This document shows, piece by piece, positions 48,333 through 58,649 of a DNA stretch of 64,000 bases. This stretch comes from an uncultured Bacilli bacterium (lineage in GTDB: Bacteria; Bacillota_I; Bacilli_A; RF39; UBA660). The notes under the pieces are model-generated. The model did no database searches, was not told the origin of the DNA, and saw only the letters and a list, made by a program, of their open reading frames with translations. Location: NCBI GenBank assembly GCA_934162195.1, contig CAKPHO010000001.1:81281-145280 (forward strand). The letters run 5' to 3'. Within the stretch, counting starts at the first letter, position 1. Each line of letters starts with the position of its first letter. The translations under genes were made by a program, and so were the position numbers.

Positions 48333-49325
48333 ATGTTTGCAAAAGATATAGGAATAGATTTGGGAACAGCTAATGTTTTAGTATATATTAAAGGACAAGG
48401 AATAGTCCTAAATGAACCAAGTGTTGTAGCACTAGATGCTGAAACGAGAAAACCATTAGCTGTTGGAAGTGAAGCAAGAGAAATGCTAGGAAGAACCCCA
48501 GGAACGGTAATTGCTATTAGGCCTATGAAAGATGGTGTAATTGCTGATTTTGATGTAACAGAAACAATGCTTAATTATTTTATAAAAAAAATAAATGGTA
48601 AAAGTGTATTTACGAGACCACGAATACTAATTTGCTGTCCATCAAATATAACTGGCGTTGAAAAGAATGCTATTAAAGAGGCTGCTGAAAGAACTGGAGC
48701 TAAAAGAGTATTTTTGGAAGAAGAACCTAAGGTAGCGGCTATAGGTGCCGGACTTGACATATCAAAACCTGGAGGAAATATGGTTATTGATATTGGTGGC
48801 GGAACAACTGATATTGCAGTATTATCTTTAGGTGGAATAGTTACTAGTGCATCAATTAAAACCGCCGGAAACACTTTTGATACAGATATTGTAAAATATA
48901 TAAAAGATAAATATAAATTGCTAATTGGAGATAGAACAGCTGAAGAAATAAAAATTACAATAGGTAATGTATACAAAGCTGATGAAAAAGAAAAAATGCA
49001 AGTTAGAGGTAGAGATATGGTATCTGGTTTACCTAGTACAATATCTATTACTTCTAAAGAAGTAGAGGAAGCATTAAAAGATAGTATAGATACAATTATA
49101 CATACAGCTAAAAGTGTTTTAGAAAAAACACCACCGGAATTATCGGCCGATATTATTGATAAAGGAATTGTTATTACTGGTGGAGGCGCTTTAATTAGGG
49201 GATTTAGTGATTTATTATCACATGAATTAAAAGTGCCAGTGTTTATTGCCGAAAGTCCTTTAACTTGTGTTGTTGAAGGTGCAGGGATGATGTTAGATAA
49301 CATAAATAAATTAATAATAAGATAA
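48333..49325 (+). CDS. mbl: Rod-shape protein MreB/Mbl
   Basis: Actin-fold motifs IGIDLGTANV and DIGGGTTD. It follows spoIIID as Bsu mbl does. The start is placed at ATG 48333. Confidence 0.92.
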   Translation: MFAKDIGIDLGTANVLVYIKGQGIVLNEPSVVALDAETRKPLAVGSEAREMLGRTPGTVIAIRPMKDGVIADFDVTETMLNYFIKKINGKSVFTRPRILICCPSNITGVEKNAIKEAAERTGAKRVFLEEEPKVAAIGAGLDISKPGGNMVIDIGGGTTDIAVLSLGGIVTSASIKTAGNTFDTDIVKYIKDKYKLLIGDRTAEEIKITIGNVYKADEKEKMQVRGRDMVSGLPSTISITSKEVEEALKDSIDTIIHTAKSVLEKTPPELSADIIDKGIVITGGGALIRGFSDLLSHELKVPVFIAESPLTCVVEGAGMMLDNINKLIIR

Positions 49326-49409
49326 TGGTGCACTTGTAAAATAATTGCACTTTTTTTCTTATTACTTTATATTATTAATTAATTATGTTATAATGAAGTA
49401 GGTGATTTT

Positions 49410-50471
49410 ATGACTCAAGAAGTATTAATAAAAATTATGATGATGGTAATTTCAACATTTTTGTTAGTTGCATTTCTTATACCGTTTATTAAAAAAATAG
49501 CAATTCATATTGATGCAATGGATATTCCAAACGCTAGAAAAGTACATACAAAGCCAATGCCTCGACTTGGAGGATTAGGAATTTACTTAGGATTTTTGTT
49601 TGGTTATATGATATTTGGTCAACACAGTGAAACAATGAACTCCATTTTGATAGGAAGTTTTATAATTGTACTTACAGGAGTAGTTGATGATATCAAACCT
49701 TTAAAAGCTTCAACACAGTTTATAGGTCAATTAGTCGCATCACTAATAGTAGTATTTTATGGAAATATTGTTTTAAAAGATATTAGTGCTTTTGGAATAT
49801 ATATCAATTTTAGTATCCTATCTTATCCACTTACAATATTCTTCATATTAGGATGCATAAATTGTATGAATTTAATTGATGGATTAGATGGACTAGCATC
49901 AGGTATCAGTTCAATTTACTTTTTAACAATAGGTATTATTACGACAATTAAAGGATCAACAGGATTAGATTTTGTCTTAACTTTTGTAATGTTAGGATCA
50001 ACTCTAGGATTCCTTGTTCATAACTTTTATCCAGCTAGTATTTTCATGGGTCAAAGTGGTTCGATGTTCTTAGGATTTATAGTAGCAGTAATTGCTTTAC
50101 TAGGATTTAAAAACGTAACAATGACCTCATTAATAATACCACTTTTAATATTAGCGATTCCTATTTTAGATACATTATTTGCTATTATAAGAAGATTATT
50201 AAAAGGAGAAAATCCTTCTAAACCAGATAAATTTCACATTCATCATCAATTGTTAAATCGTAATTTTTCACAAAGAACTACCGTATTAATTATATATGCA
50301 GTAAACTTACTTTTCTCTTTTGCATCAATTGTTTATGTTTTAAAAGATAGAATACTAGGGTATATAATTTATAGCATTCTTCTTGTTATGGTAGTATTAT
50401 TTGTCGCTAAAACAAACGTGATATTAGATGACGAACAAAAAGATAAATTATTTAAAGTAAAGAAGAAATAG
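49410..50471 (+). CDS. tagO: Undecaprenyl-phosphate GlcNAc-1-phosphate transferase (TagO/WecA, MraY family)
   Basis: 353 aa polytopic protein with PNARKVHTKPMPRLGG and NLIDGLDGLA motifs. Confidence 0.8.
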   Translation: MTQEVLIKIMMMVISTFLLVAFLIPFIKKIAIHIDAMDIPNARKVHTKPMPRLGGLGIYLGFLFGYMIFGQHSETMNSILIGSFIIVLTGVVDDIKPLKASTQFIGQLVASLIVVFYGNIVLKDISAFGIYINFSILSYPLTIFFILGCINCMNLIDGLDGLASGISSIYFLTIGIITTIKGSTGLDFVLTFVMLGSTLGFLVHNFYPASIFMGQSGSMFLGFIVAVIALLGFKNVTMTSLIIPLLILAIPILDTLFAIIRRLLKGENPSKPDKFHIHHQLLNRNFSQRTTVLIIYAVNLLFSFASIVYVLKDRILGYIIYSILLVMVVLFVAKTNVILDDEQKDKLFKVKKK

Positions 50472-50537
50472 ATGTTAATAGCATCTATTTTTTGTATAAA
50501 ATAATATAAACTTTTCCACAATAAAATAGGTGATAAA

Positions 50538-51260
50538 ATGAATGTTAATATGGTGGAAATCTTAGATGTAATTTTAAGAGCATTAATTTCTTTAATTGCT
50601 TTGTTTTCAGTTACCAAGTTACTAGGAAAAAAACAAGTGTCACAGCTATCTTTATTTGATTATGTGATAGGTATATCGATAGGTAACTTTGCTGCTGAAA
50701 TGACAACTGATTTAGATTTACCTTATACATATGGTGTTGTTGCAGTCTTAATATTTGGTTTAGTAGCGTATTTAGTATCAGTTTTTACTATGAAAAGTAT
50801 TTCCTTGCGTAGATTTTTTATAGGCACTCCAACAGTTTTAATTCAAGAAGGAAAGATTCTTATGAAAGGATTAAAACAAGTTAAGTTTGATGTTAATGAT
50901 CTATTAGAAGAATGCAGAGGAAATGGCTATTTTGATATAAGCCAAATAGAATACGCTTTAATGGAGGCAAATGGTAAACTTAGTATTCTTCCTAAGGGAG
51001 AAAATTTTCCTGTAACAATTAAAGATATGAATATAAAGCCAGAAAAACAGAGTTTGTGCGCCAACGTAATTATTGATGGAAAAATAATGCATACAAATTT
51101 AAAAAATATGAATAAAGATAAAAAATGGTTAGTGCAAGAATTAAAAATAAAAGGATATAAGACATTTGAAAATATTTTATTAGCAACTTTAGATAACAAT
51201 GAAAAGGTTACTGTTTATGAGAAAAATAATGATATTGAGCCTCTAGTAATATTAGAATAA
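50538..51260 (+). CDS. DUF421 (YetF/YdfS-like) membrane protein
   Basis: LLGKKQVSQLSLFDYVIGISIG family motif. Confidence 0.75.
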   Translation: MNVNMVEILDVILRALISLIALFSVTKLLGKKQVSQLSLFDYVIGISIGNFAAEMTTDLDLPYTYGVVAVLIFGLVAYLVSVFTMKSISLRRFFIGTPTVLIQEGKILMKGLKQVKFDVNDLLEECRGNGYFDISQIEYALMEANGKLSILPKGENFPVTIKDMNIKPEKQSLCANVIIDGKIMHTNLKNMNKDKKWLVQELKIKGYKTFENILLATLDNNEKVTVYEKNNDIEPLVILE

Positions 51261-51290
51261 AAAAATATGGCTTAAACACCATATTTTTTT
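51261..51290. terminator. Bidirectional terminator between the DUF421 gene and nuc
   Basis: AAAAATATGG-CTTAAACA-CCATATTTTT. Confidence 0.75.
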
Positions 51291-51874
51291 AATTGTTTCT
51301 TTATTTTTTTAGCTTTAGATTTAGTAAGTTTCCCAGTAAAAAGTAAAACCCCCGCACCTAATATTGTAAGCCCTATCATTAAATAATTTTTTGGTTCTTC
51401 CTTATAATCTCCCCAAATACCAATTTTATTAGCTTTGCTGATACTTTGATGATCTTCTAAAGTCCCTGCATATTTATAATTTCCATAAAGATATGCAACT
51501 TCAGCTAGCCCTTCTTTTATTAATTCATCTTGAAGTAGGTAATCGTCAACCCAAACCCAAACTAAATCACGGTCATATTTATCTTTTTTATCACTATTTT
51601 CATCATATTCAATTTCAATCTTTTTCGCATTTGTAAGTTTAGAACAAGTGTAATCACTAGCTTCTTTACCAAGAGGTTCAACTCCCTTTGTAGGATGTTT
51701 AGTTTCAGGAGTATCAATAGCAAGAAATCTAATTTTAATTGTTTCTCCATTTAAATTAACTTTAGCTGTATCACCATCTATACAACTAGCAAAAGTTACT
51801 TCGATTTTATCACTAGCTAAGCAGATATTTATTCCTATAAAAAAACTAAAACATAATACTAATATCTTTTTCAT
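51272..51874 (-). CDS. Thermonuclease (SNase family) with signal peptide and C-terminal TM anchor
   Basis: SNase blocks (..KIRFLAIDTPE.., ..DRDLVWVWVDD.., ..GLAEVAY..), then a hydrophobic segment MIGLTILGAGVLLF and a K-rich tail. Confidence 0.8.
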   Translation of the reverse strand: MKKILVLCFSFFIGINICLASDKIEVTFASCIDGDTAKVNLNGETIKIRFLAIDTPETKHPTKGVEPLGKEASDYTCSKLTNAKKIEIEYDENSDKKDKYDRDLVWVWVDDYLLQDELIKEGLAEVAYLYGNYKYAGTLEDHQSISKANKIGIWGDYKEEPKNYLMIGLTILGAGVLLFTGKLTKSKAKKIKKQLKKYGV

Positions 51875-51982
51875 ACTATCACCTATTTTATTTTATAATA
51901 AAAAATTAAAATATGCTAGAGTAAAAAACTTTACATAAATAATAAAAGTGTGATATAATACAGCGGTTGGAGAGATGATAGT

Positions 51983-53794
51983 ATGAAAAAAATAAGAAAT
52001 ATCGCAATAATTGCCCATGTTGACCATGGAAAGACAACATTGGTAGATAAATTATTACAAATGTCAGGAACTTTTAGAGAAAATGAAGAGGTAGTAGATT
52101 GTGTAATGGATTCAAATGCCATTGAACGTGAACGTGGTATTACCATTTTATCAAAGACAACTGCTATTAATTACAAAGATTATAGAATTAATATTTTAGA
52201 TACTCCAGGACATGCAGATTTTGGTGGAGAAGTAGAACGTATTATGAATATGGTTGATGGTGTACTTCTTGTTGTAGACGCATATGAAGGAACTATGCCT
52301 CAAACTAGATTTGTTTTAAAAAAGGCCTTAGAGGCAGGAGTAACACCTATTGTTGTTGTTAATAAAATAGATAAACCAGCAGCTCGTCCTACTGAAGTAG
52401 TAGATGAAGTTTTAGATTTATTTATTGAATTAGGTGCTGATGTAGACCAACTAGAATTTCCTGTCATTTATGCTTCAGGTTTAGCAGGAACATCAAGTTT
52501 AAGTCCAGAATTAGATACTCAAGAACATACTATGGATCCTATTCTAGATGCGATAATTAAATATATTCCAGAACCAGATGTAGACATAGAAGGTGGATTC
52601 CAATTTCAACCTGCTTTACTTGATTATAATGATTTCGTTGGAAGAATTGGTATTGGACGTGTTAAACGTGGTTCTGTTAAAGTAAATGAACTAGTTTCTT
52701 GTGTTAGACTAGATGGAAGTATTAAACAATTTAGAATTCAAAAAATATTTGGTTATTTAGGACTAAAAAGAATTGAAATAACAGAAGCTAGTGCTGGAGA
52801 TATAATTGCTATAGCTGGACTTCCTGATATTAGTGTTGGTGAAACAGTTTGTACAATTGGAAAAGAAGAAGCACTTCCTCACTTAAGAATTGATGAACCA
52901 ACTTTACAAATGACATTTGGAGTAAACACTTCTCCATTCTGTGGAAGAGATGGTAAATTATTAACAGCTAGTAAGATTGCTGAAAGACTAAGAAAAGAAA
53001 CAGAAAGAGACGTTTCTTTAAAAGTTGCTCCTAATGATTCAGAATCATTTATTGTTTCAGGACGTGGAGAATTACACTTATCAATTTTAATAGAAAATAT
53101 GCGTCGTGAAGGCTTTGAGCTTCAAGTATCAAAACCAGAAGTAATTGTTAAAGAAATAGATGGTGTTAAATGTGAACCTTATGAGGAAGTTCAAATTGAT
53201 ATGCCAGAAGAATATATGGGTAGTGTAATAGAAGCTTTGGGTAACCGTGAAGCAGAACTTGTTAATATGACACAAGCAGATGGTCAAGTAAAAATCCATT
53301 ATGTTATGCCATCACGTGGCTTAATAGGGTTTACTACTGATTTCATGACTATGACTAAAGGTTATGGTATGTTAAATCATTCATATTTAGAATATCGTAA
53401 GATGGCTAGTAGCAAAGTAGGAGAAAGAAAAGCTGGTGTTTTGGTTTCTATGGAAAACGGAAAAGCTACAGCTTACGCTTTAGGTCAATTAGAAGACCGC
53501 GGAGTGATGTTTATTGAACCTGGTGCAGATGTTTATGAAGGTATGATTGTTGGGGAACATAATCATGAAAATGATCTTGCAGTTAACGTTGTAAAAGGTA
53601 AAAAATTAACAAATACTAGAGCTTCTGGTAGTGATCATACTGTTGTTTTAAATAGACCTCGTAATATGAGTTTAGAGGAAAGTTTAGATTATATTAATAG
53701 TGATGAATTAGTAGAAGTTACACCTCTTAATTATCGTTTAAGAAAGAAAATTTTAAATACTGAACAAAGAAAAAAATTCGATAGTAGAAAATAA
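51983..53794 (+). CDS. typA: Translational GTPase TypA/BipA
   Basis: [22 protein letters not shown] and NKID, with an EF-G-like domain order. Confidence 0.95.
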   Translation: MKKIRNIAIIAHVDHGKTTLVDKLLQMSGTFRENEEVVDCVMDSNAIERERGITILSKTTAINYKDYRINILDTPGHADFGGEVERIMNMVDGVLLVVDAYEGTMPQTRFVLKKALEAGVTPIVVVNKIDKPAARPTEVVDEVLDLFIELGADVDQLEFPVIYASGLAGTSSLSPELDTQEHTMDPILDAIIKYIPEPDVDIEGGFQFQPALLDYNDFVGRIGIGRVKRGSVKVNELVSCVRLDGSIKQFRIQKIFGYLGLKRIEITEASAGDIIAIAGLPDISVGETVCTIGKEEALPHLRIDEPTLQMTFGVNTSPFCGRDGKLLTASKIAERLRKETERDVSLKVAPNDSESFIVSGRGELHLSILIENMRREGFELQVSKPEVIVKEIDGVKCEPYEEVQIDMPEEYMGSVIEALGNREAELVNMTQADGQVKIHYVMPSRGLIGFTTDFMTMTKGYGMLNHSYLEYRKMASSKVGERKAGVLVSMENGKATAYALGQLEDRGVMFIEPGADVYEGMIVGEHNHENDLAVNVVKGKKLTNTRASGSDHTVVLNRPRNMSLEESLDYINSDELVEVTPLNYRLRKKILNTEQRKKFDSRK

Positions 53795-53797
53795 AAA

Positions 53798-53843
53798 AGA
53801 AACTAAGAAATTGATTGTAAATCTTTATTCTTAGTTTCTTTTG
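53798..53843. terminator. 12-bp-stem hairpin between typA and the convergent XRE gene
   Basis: AGAAACTAAGAA (53798-53809) pairs with TTCTTAGTTTCT (53828-53839), followed by a T-rich tail. The hairpin overlaps the last XRE codons. Confidence 0.65.
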
Positions 53844-54075
53844 TTTCATCTTCATTAAAGAAATTTGTTATATTAGTATCTAAAGCTTTAGCTATCTGTT
53901 CTAATGTATCAATTGATATTGATTGATAGGTAACAGATTCTAACTTTGCTATAAAACTTTCACTTAGAAGTAAGGCATCTGCTAACTCTCTTTGAGTCAT
54001 GCCTTTTTCTAAACGATACTTTTTAATATTTTTACCTATTTTATTATAAATGTTCTCATGTTTGCTATTTGCCAT
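53803..54075 (-). CDS. XRE-family HTH transcriptional regulator (90 aa)
   Basis: IKKYRLEKGMTQRELADALLLSESFIAKLE is a classical Cro/C1-type HTH. Confidence 0.75.
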   Translation of the reverse strand: MANSKHENIYNKIGKNIKKYRLEKGMTQRELADALLLSESFIAKLESVTYQSISIDTLEQIAKALDTNITNFFNEDETKETKNKDLQSIS

Positions 54076-54163
54076 AATACCACCATATTTATTTTCTCAT
54101 AGAAATTATTTTTAATACATAGACAAATAGTCCATGAAAATGTATAATGAAATTGGTGATTAA

Positions 54164-54355
54164 ATGTATAATACAGATACCTTAAAAAAATTAAGAAAAG
54201 AAAATAATTTTACAATATATGAAATGGCTAACAAACTTGGGATATCATCTTCCTATTATTCTCAAATTGAAAATAAAAAGAGAAGACTATATTATGACTT
54301 TGCCATCAAAATAGCTGCTATATTTAATAAAAAACCAGATGATATTTTCTTGTGA
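54164..54355 (+). CDS. XRE-family HTH transcriptional regulator (63 aa)
   Basis: LKKLRKENNFTIYEMANKLGISSSYYSQIENKKR HTH. It is divergent from the 90-aa XRE gene. Confidence 0.7.
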   Translation: MYNTDTLKKLRKENNFTIYEMANKLGISSSYYSQIENKKRRLYYDFAIKIAAIFNKKPDDIFL

Positions 54356-54459
54356 GATGTCAAACTGCTTTACAATTTTATTAAATAATTATAAAAGTTT
54401 ATTTTCAAATATTATATTTATTATTGGCAAAAAGTAACAAAATCGTAAAATATATTGAT

Positions 54460-55440
54460 TTAACAGTTATTTATTAATTTTGTAATTAAATCTTTATATT
54501 CAATACCACTATAAATAAATAATTTGGGATACATACTAATTTCAGTGAATCCCGGCAAAGTATTTATTTCATTTAAATATAATTGCTCATTGTCCTCATC
54601 GTATAAAAAGTCTATTCTAGCAAAACCTCTACCATTGATTCCGTCAAAAGCAGTTTTAGTGTATTTGATAATTTTGTCTTTAACTTCTTTTTTTAAATTA
54701 GCAGGTATGGTTGTATAAGATTTTTTATTTTTATATTTAGCGTTATAATCATAAAATTCGTTTGCGGATGTTATTTCACCAACTTCAGATATATAAAAAT
54801 CTTTATCTTCTAATAATCCGCATTCTAGTTCACGTGCTTTGATAAATTTTTCAATTACAATTTTATCATCATATTTAAAAGCTTCAATAATAGCTTTTTT
54901 TAGTTCTTTTTTATTGCTAGCTTTACTGATACCAATAGACGATCCACCATTAGCAGGTTTTACAATAAGTGGGAGACCTAGTTTTTTTATTATGTCATGG
55001 ATTTTAAATTTTTGGTTTGATATAGTTATAAATGGTATTTGTGGAATACCTAAATAAGAAAAAATCATCTTTGAAAAATCTTTATCCATACATATAGCAC
55101 TAGTGCTTGTTTTACAACCAACATACTTTATATCAAATAAATCTAGCATTCCTTGTAATTTTCCATCTTCGCCATTTGTCCCATGAGTTATTGGAAAAAT
55201 TACATCAAACATTTTTAAGTAATCCACAATATTATCTATATGTTCATATTCTTGGTGTTTCCAATCACTTAAACAATCCACTTTTCCATCATATTCATAC
55301 CAGTTATAGTCATAATCAATAACAACAGTTGATACTTGAAATAAACTATTATCAATATTATTTAATATTGATTTAGCAGACACTAAAGAAACATTATGTT
55401 CGCTAGAGTTACCTCCACATAAAACTAATACTTTTTTCAT
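54460..55440 (-). CDS. ddl: D-alanine--D-alanine ligase
   Basis: MKKVLVLCGGNSSEHNVSLVSA N-terminus, IVKPANGGSSIGI and ARIDFLY..LYLNEINTLPGFT. Confidence 0.93.
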   Translation of the reverse strand: MKKVLVLCGGNSSEHNVSLVSAKSILNNIDNSLFQVSTVVIDYDYNWYEYDGKVDCLSDWKHQEYEHIDNIVDYLKMFDVIFPITHGTNGEDGKLQGMLDLFDIKYVGCKTSTSAICMDKDFSKMIFSYLGIPQIPFITISNQKFKIHDIIKKLGLPLIVKPANGGSSIGISKASNKKELKKAIIEAFKYDDKIVIEKFIKARELECGLLEDKDFYISEVGEITSANEFYDYNAKYKNKKSYTTIPANLKKEVKDKIIKYTKTAFDGINGRGFARIDFLYDEDNEQLYLNEINTLPGFTEISMYPKLFIYSGIEYKDLITKLINNC

Positions 55441-55631
55441 ATCACACCTCTATAAAGTATATGTAATTAGCCTAAGAATGTGAAAGTGTAAACTATAAAA
55501 AAATAAAGAATATTTTTCTTGTAGAAAACATATTTATGTGGTATAGTATATTTGATTTATGAGTTATTTTGTCAACCTTTTTAGAGAAACAATATAATAA
55601 TTTTAAATCAAATCTAAAGAGGAGGACTTAA

Positions 55632-55817
55632 ATGCAAGATAAAGTTATTGTTTGCAAAGATTGTGGTAAAGAATTTACTTTTACAGTTAGAGATCAAGAA
55701 TTTTATAAAGAAATGGGATTTACTAACGAACCAGTAAGATGTAAAGAATGCCGTGCTGCAAAAAAAGCTAGAAAACAAGAAGAACAAAATCATTCTAGCA
55801 ATCGTCAAAATGCATAA
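55632..55817 (+). CDS. Small zinc-ribbon protein (CxxC..CxxC)
   Basis: 61 aa with CKDCGKEFTF..RCKECRAAKKA. It has a strong GGAGG RBS and a consensus-like promoter (TTGTCA-17-TATAAT) upstream. Confidence 0.6.
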   Translation: MQDKVIVCKDCGKEFTFTVRDQEFYKEMGFTNEPVRCKECRAAKKARKQEEQNHSSNRQNA

Positions 55818-55833
55818 AACTCTTAGGAGTTTT

Positions 55834-56526
55834 TTATTTTTGTTTTATTTCGAATGAAAACGTATTTTTATTATAATTTAAAAATATTTCAAAATCATAA
55901 TTATACTTATTTTTAAAATTGATTTTATAATTACTTATATTATTTTTATCAATTCTGATAAGTATTTTTTTATCTATAAATTCACTATCATATACTAAAT
56001 CTATCTCTTGGATTGCATCATTATTTCTTTCTATTTGATGTATTTTAAAATTGTAAACATCATCAACTATATCTAAAACTAAGTAACTATCTGTTTTATC
56101 TAATTTTATAATCGTATCATTTTCTTCATAATCATAATTATCAATTAACTCTAACTTTATAAAATCAGTATTTTTATATTTATTAATTAAATTATCTAGG
56201 TTATTTTTAAGCTTTTTAACAACTTTTTTATTTTTTGTGTAGCAGTACTTATTATTATTTTTATATTCCATATAATAGTTATTAGAAAAGTAAAAATTCA
56301 TAATACTATCTTTAGTATTTATTATTAAATTAGATTCATTATAATTATTATCGTTTTTAACACAATTCCACTTTATACTATTTAAATAATTTATAATAGT
56401 ATCATAATCTTGATAGTAAATATTATTATTGTTATATTTAATACGATTTATTTCGTTATTGAAATTTAATTTGCTACTACATCCTGTAATAAAAAATAAA
56501 AGTACTAGAATGAGTTTCTTTTTCAT
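55834..56526 (-). CDS. Hypothetical lipoprotein (N/Y/K-rich)
   Basis: Lipobox LLFFITGCSS. No recognisable domain. Confidence 0.55.
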   Translation of the reverse strand: MKKKLILVLLFFITGCSSKLNFNNEINRIKYNNNNIYYQDYDTIINYLNSIKWNCVKNDNNYNESNLIINTKDSIMNFYFSNNYYMEYKNNNKYCYTKNKKVVKKLKNNLDNLINKYKNTDFIKLELIDNYDYEENDTIIKLDKTDSYLVLDIVDDVYNFKIHQIERNNDAIQEIDLVYDSEFIDKKILIRIDKNNISNYKINFKNKYNYDFEIFLNYNKNTFSFEIKQK

Positions 56527-56582
56527 ATTACACCTCGTATTTATTATGCTTTTTATAAAGAAAAAAATACTATTAGATAGTA

Positions 56583-57140
56583 TTATATTTTCTTTTCAAG
56601 GTAGTAATTTCTTAATTCTTTAAATCGTTGATAGTGAATAACTTCTCTTTGACGTAGGAATGCTAGAGGTGCTAGTAAATCAGGATCGTTGGTTAAATCC
56701 ATTAAATGTTCATATGTTGCTCTAGCTCTTTGTTCAGCAGCCATATCTGATTCAATATCAGCAATATAATCTCCTGTTGTTTCTATGTAAGCAGCAGTAA
56801 AAGGAACACCAAAAGCGTCTGCTGGGAATATTCCATGATCATGTTGTGCAAACTGCGCATCTAATCCAGCAGCAGTTAATTCTTCTACTGTAGCACCATT
56901 AACTAATTGTGTTATCATAGCTGCAATCATTTCAATGTGAGCAAGTTCCTCTGTTCCAATGTCAGTAAGAAGAGCTTTGCCTCTTTCATCAGGCATTGTA
57001 TATCTTTGATTTAAATATCTTAAAGCTGCACTTAATTCACCAGTACTACCTCCATATTGCGATAGCAAATTTTTAGCCATTTTTAAATCTTTTCTGCGAA
57101 TATTAACAGGATATTCTAATTTCTTTTCATAAATCCACAT
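56583..57140 (-). CDS. cotJC: Spore coat protein CotJC (manganese-catalase-like)
   Basis: MWIYEKKLEYPV.., ..GELSAALRYLNQRY.., ..EELAHIEMI.. The start is placed at ATG 57140 behind AGGAGGG. Confidence 0.85.
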   Translation of the reverse strand: MWIYEKKLEYPVNIRRKDLKMAKNLLSQYGGSTGELSAALRYLNQRYTMPDERGKALLTDIGTEELAHIEMIAAMITQLVNGATVEELTAAGLDAQFAQHDHGIFPADAFGVPFTAAYIETTGDYIADIESDMAAEQRARATYEHLMDLTNDPDLLAPLAFLRQREVIHYQRFKELRNYYLEKKI

Positions 57141-57150
57141 ATTATCCCTC

Positions 57151-57588
57151 CTATTTCTTATCCCAAGGCCATGGTTCATTATCCCAAGCCCAAGGGAATG
57201 TATTAAGTGAGTTGCTAGTTAATTGTAAAGGCCCATATTTATTTTCATAATTTTTAGTAGCTTCTATAGCTTGTTTGCGATATTCATTAAAAAGTTGTAA
57301 TGCTTCCTTATCATCAGGGTGAACATCTAAATAAAGATTTAAATCAGTCATCGCAAAAGTATACATATCTACATATGTAAGAAGCTCCGCTTGTTCATTC
57401 ATTGGAGTTATTTCATAAGGCTTATCTGTTCTATAAAAATTGTATAAAGCAGGAAACATATTTCCTCTTATATAGCCATTGTATACATCATAAACACTAT
57501 TTTTTTCTACATTTTGATTATACAAAGGTTGATTGTAATTATTATTAATATAGTTATAATAATCTTGGTTTAAGTTATAACTATTCAT
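57151..57588 (-). CDS. cotJB: Spore coat protein CotJB-like with an N-terminal extension
   Basis: The C-terminal half (..ELLTYVDMYTFAMTDLNLYLDVHPDDKEALQLFNEYRK..YENKYGPL) is CotJB-like. The start is placed at ATG 57588 behind AGGAGGG. Confidence 0.7.
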   Translation of the reverse strand: MNSYNLNQDYYNYINNNYNQPLYNQNVEKNSVYDVYNGYIRGNMFPALYNFYRTDKPYEITPMNEQAELLTYVDMYTFAMTDLNLYLDVHPDDKEALQLFNEYRKQAIEATKNYENKYGPLQLTSNSLNTFPWAWDNEPWPWDKK

Positions 57589-57721
57589 AATATCCCTCCT
57601 CGTTTTATTGTATGGAACTAATAAATTAGTGTATAGGTATATAACTAATTTATCTTTTTTTATAAAAACTCTTGTCAAATTGCTTAAAACTTGTTAAAAT
57701 ATTTGTTGTCAGCAATGACAT

Positions 57722-57798
57722 GGCGAAATTGGTGAAGGGGTTAACACGGCGGATTGTGGTTCCGTTATGCAAGGGTTCGAATCCCTTATTTCGCCCCA
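57722..57798 (+). tRNA. tRNA-His (GUG) with encoded G-1 and CCA
   Basis: Hand-folded. Acceptor stem GCGAAAU/AUUUCGC with an extra 5' G opposite discriminator C. Anticodon stem GCGGA/UCCGU with loop UUGUGGU (anticodon GUG). T arm AAGGG-UUCGAAU-CCCUU. 3' CCA. A terminator hairpin AACTAGC-TTGC-GCTAGTT plus a T-run follows. Confidence 0.9.
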
Positions 57799-57886
57799 CT
57801 TATGAAATAACTAGCTTGCGCTAGTTTTATTTTTTTTAAACTAGCATAAATATTTATAATTAAAAATAAAAAAAATTAGGTTTTTT

Positions 57887-58534
57887 CTAGCCTAATTTTT
57901 TGTTTAATATTTTAATATTTTTTTCTTTCCTTCTTTTCGCACCTACAAATTCTTCAGGGAAACATTCTGCCAAATCGAATATACAACTTTTAATATCTTT
58001 AATTTCTTCTTTTTGTACTCCATCAAATTGTTCAGTTAATATTTGATAAAAGACTTCTTCAACATTTTCTTTAATAACAGTATTAACAGTCTTTCCGGTA
58101 TATCTTTTTACTAATTTTGATAATAATCCCTGATATTGTTTCCATTTTAACATTTCATTTCTTGGATCACGCAAATGTGTACATACTTCTTTGCCAGGTA
58201 TAAGATTTACACCTCCGCCAGGTCTATGTTCTAAATCGTAAGAACAACCGCTTTCTGTTAACATAGAACATTGCGTTTTCATAGAGAATAAGTCAACAAT
58301 TCCTCTATTTTTATTTCTTGCTCGCAAATAGAGAAAAGGAGTTAATTTTTTTTGGCCATTAGCTAAAGTATCAAAAATAAAAGCAGATACAATAGAAACA
58401 TTTCCGGTTTCTAGAACCTCTAACATAGAGTTTTTATTAATAACTTCAAAATCAGTAGTAAAATAATCGCAGCCACTTTTTTTGCAACAAATTCCTCCAC
58501 AAGCAGCGCATATTTCTTTATTTTCGTATTCCAT
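57887..58534 (-). CDS. Cysteine-cluster protein, YkgJ/CxxCxxCC-like
   Basis: N-terminal CAACGGICCKKSGC and further conserved Cys residues (..TQCSMLTESGCSY..). Function unknown. Confidence 0.55.
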   Translation of the reverse strand: MEYENKEICAACGGICCKKSGCDYFTTDFEVINKNSMLEVLETGNVSIVSAFIFDTLANGQKKLTPFLYLRARNKNRGIVDLFSMKTQCSMLTESGCSYDLEHRPGGGVNLIPGKEVCTHLRDPRNEMLKWKQYQGLLSKLVKRYTGKTVNTVIKENVEEVFYQILTEQFDGVQKEEIKDIKSCIFDLAECFPEEFVGAKRRKEKNIKILNKKLG

Positions 58535-58649
58535 AGTTTCACCTCGAGTTATTTATTTTACTATAATTTAATTATTTATTCAATAGTAATTTATATTATA
58601 TACATTAAGTAATAATTATGCTATACTTGTTTTAGAAAGGATGATAAAT

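Noticed and set aside
48575-49333. 252-aa minus-strand ORF covering most of mbl, and similar long antisense ORFs at 27700-28188, 26010-26363, 19879-20160 and 31908-32309
   Set aside because: They lie opposite confidently identified genes (mbl, rplI, yvcK, pyk, murA). They have no recognisable motifs or start context, so they are open by chance.
53803-54355. The XRE pair as evidence of an intact prophage or mobile element
   Set aside because: The flanking sequence has no integrase, recombinase, terminase, capsid gene or direct-repeat att scars. The flanks are typA and ddl.
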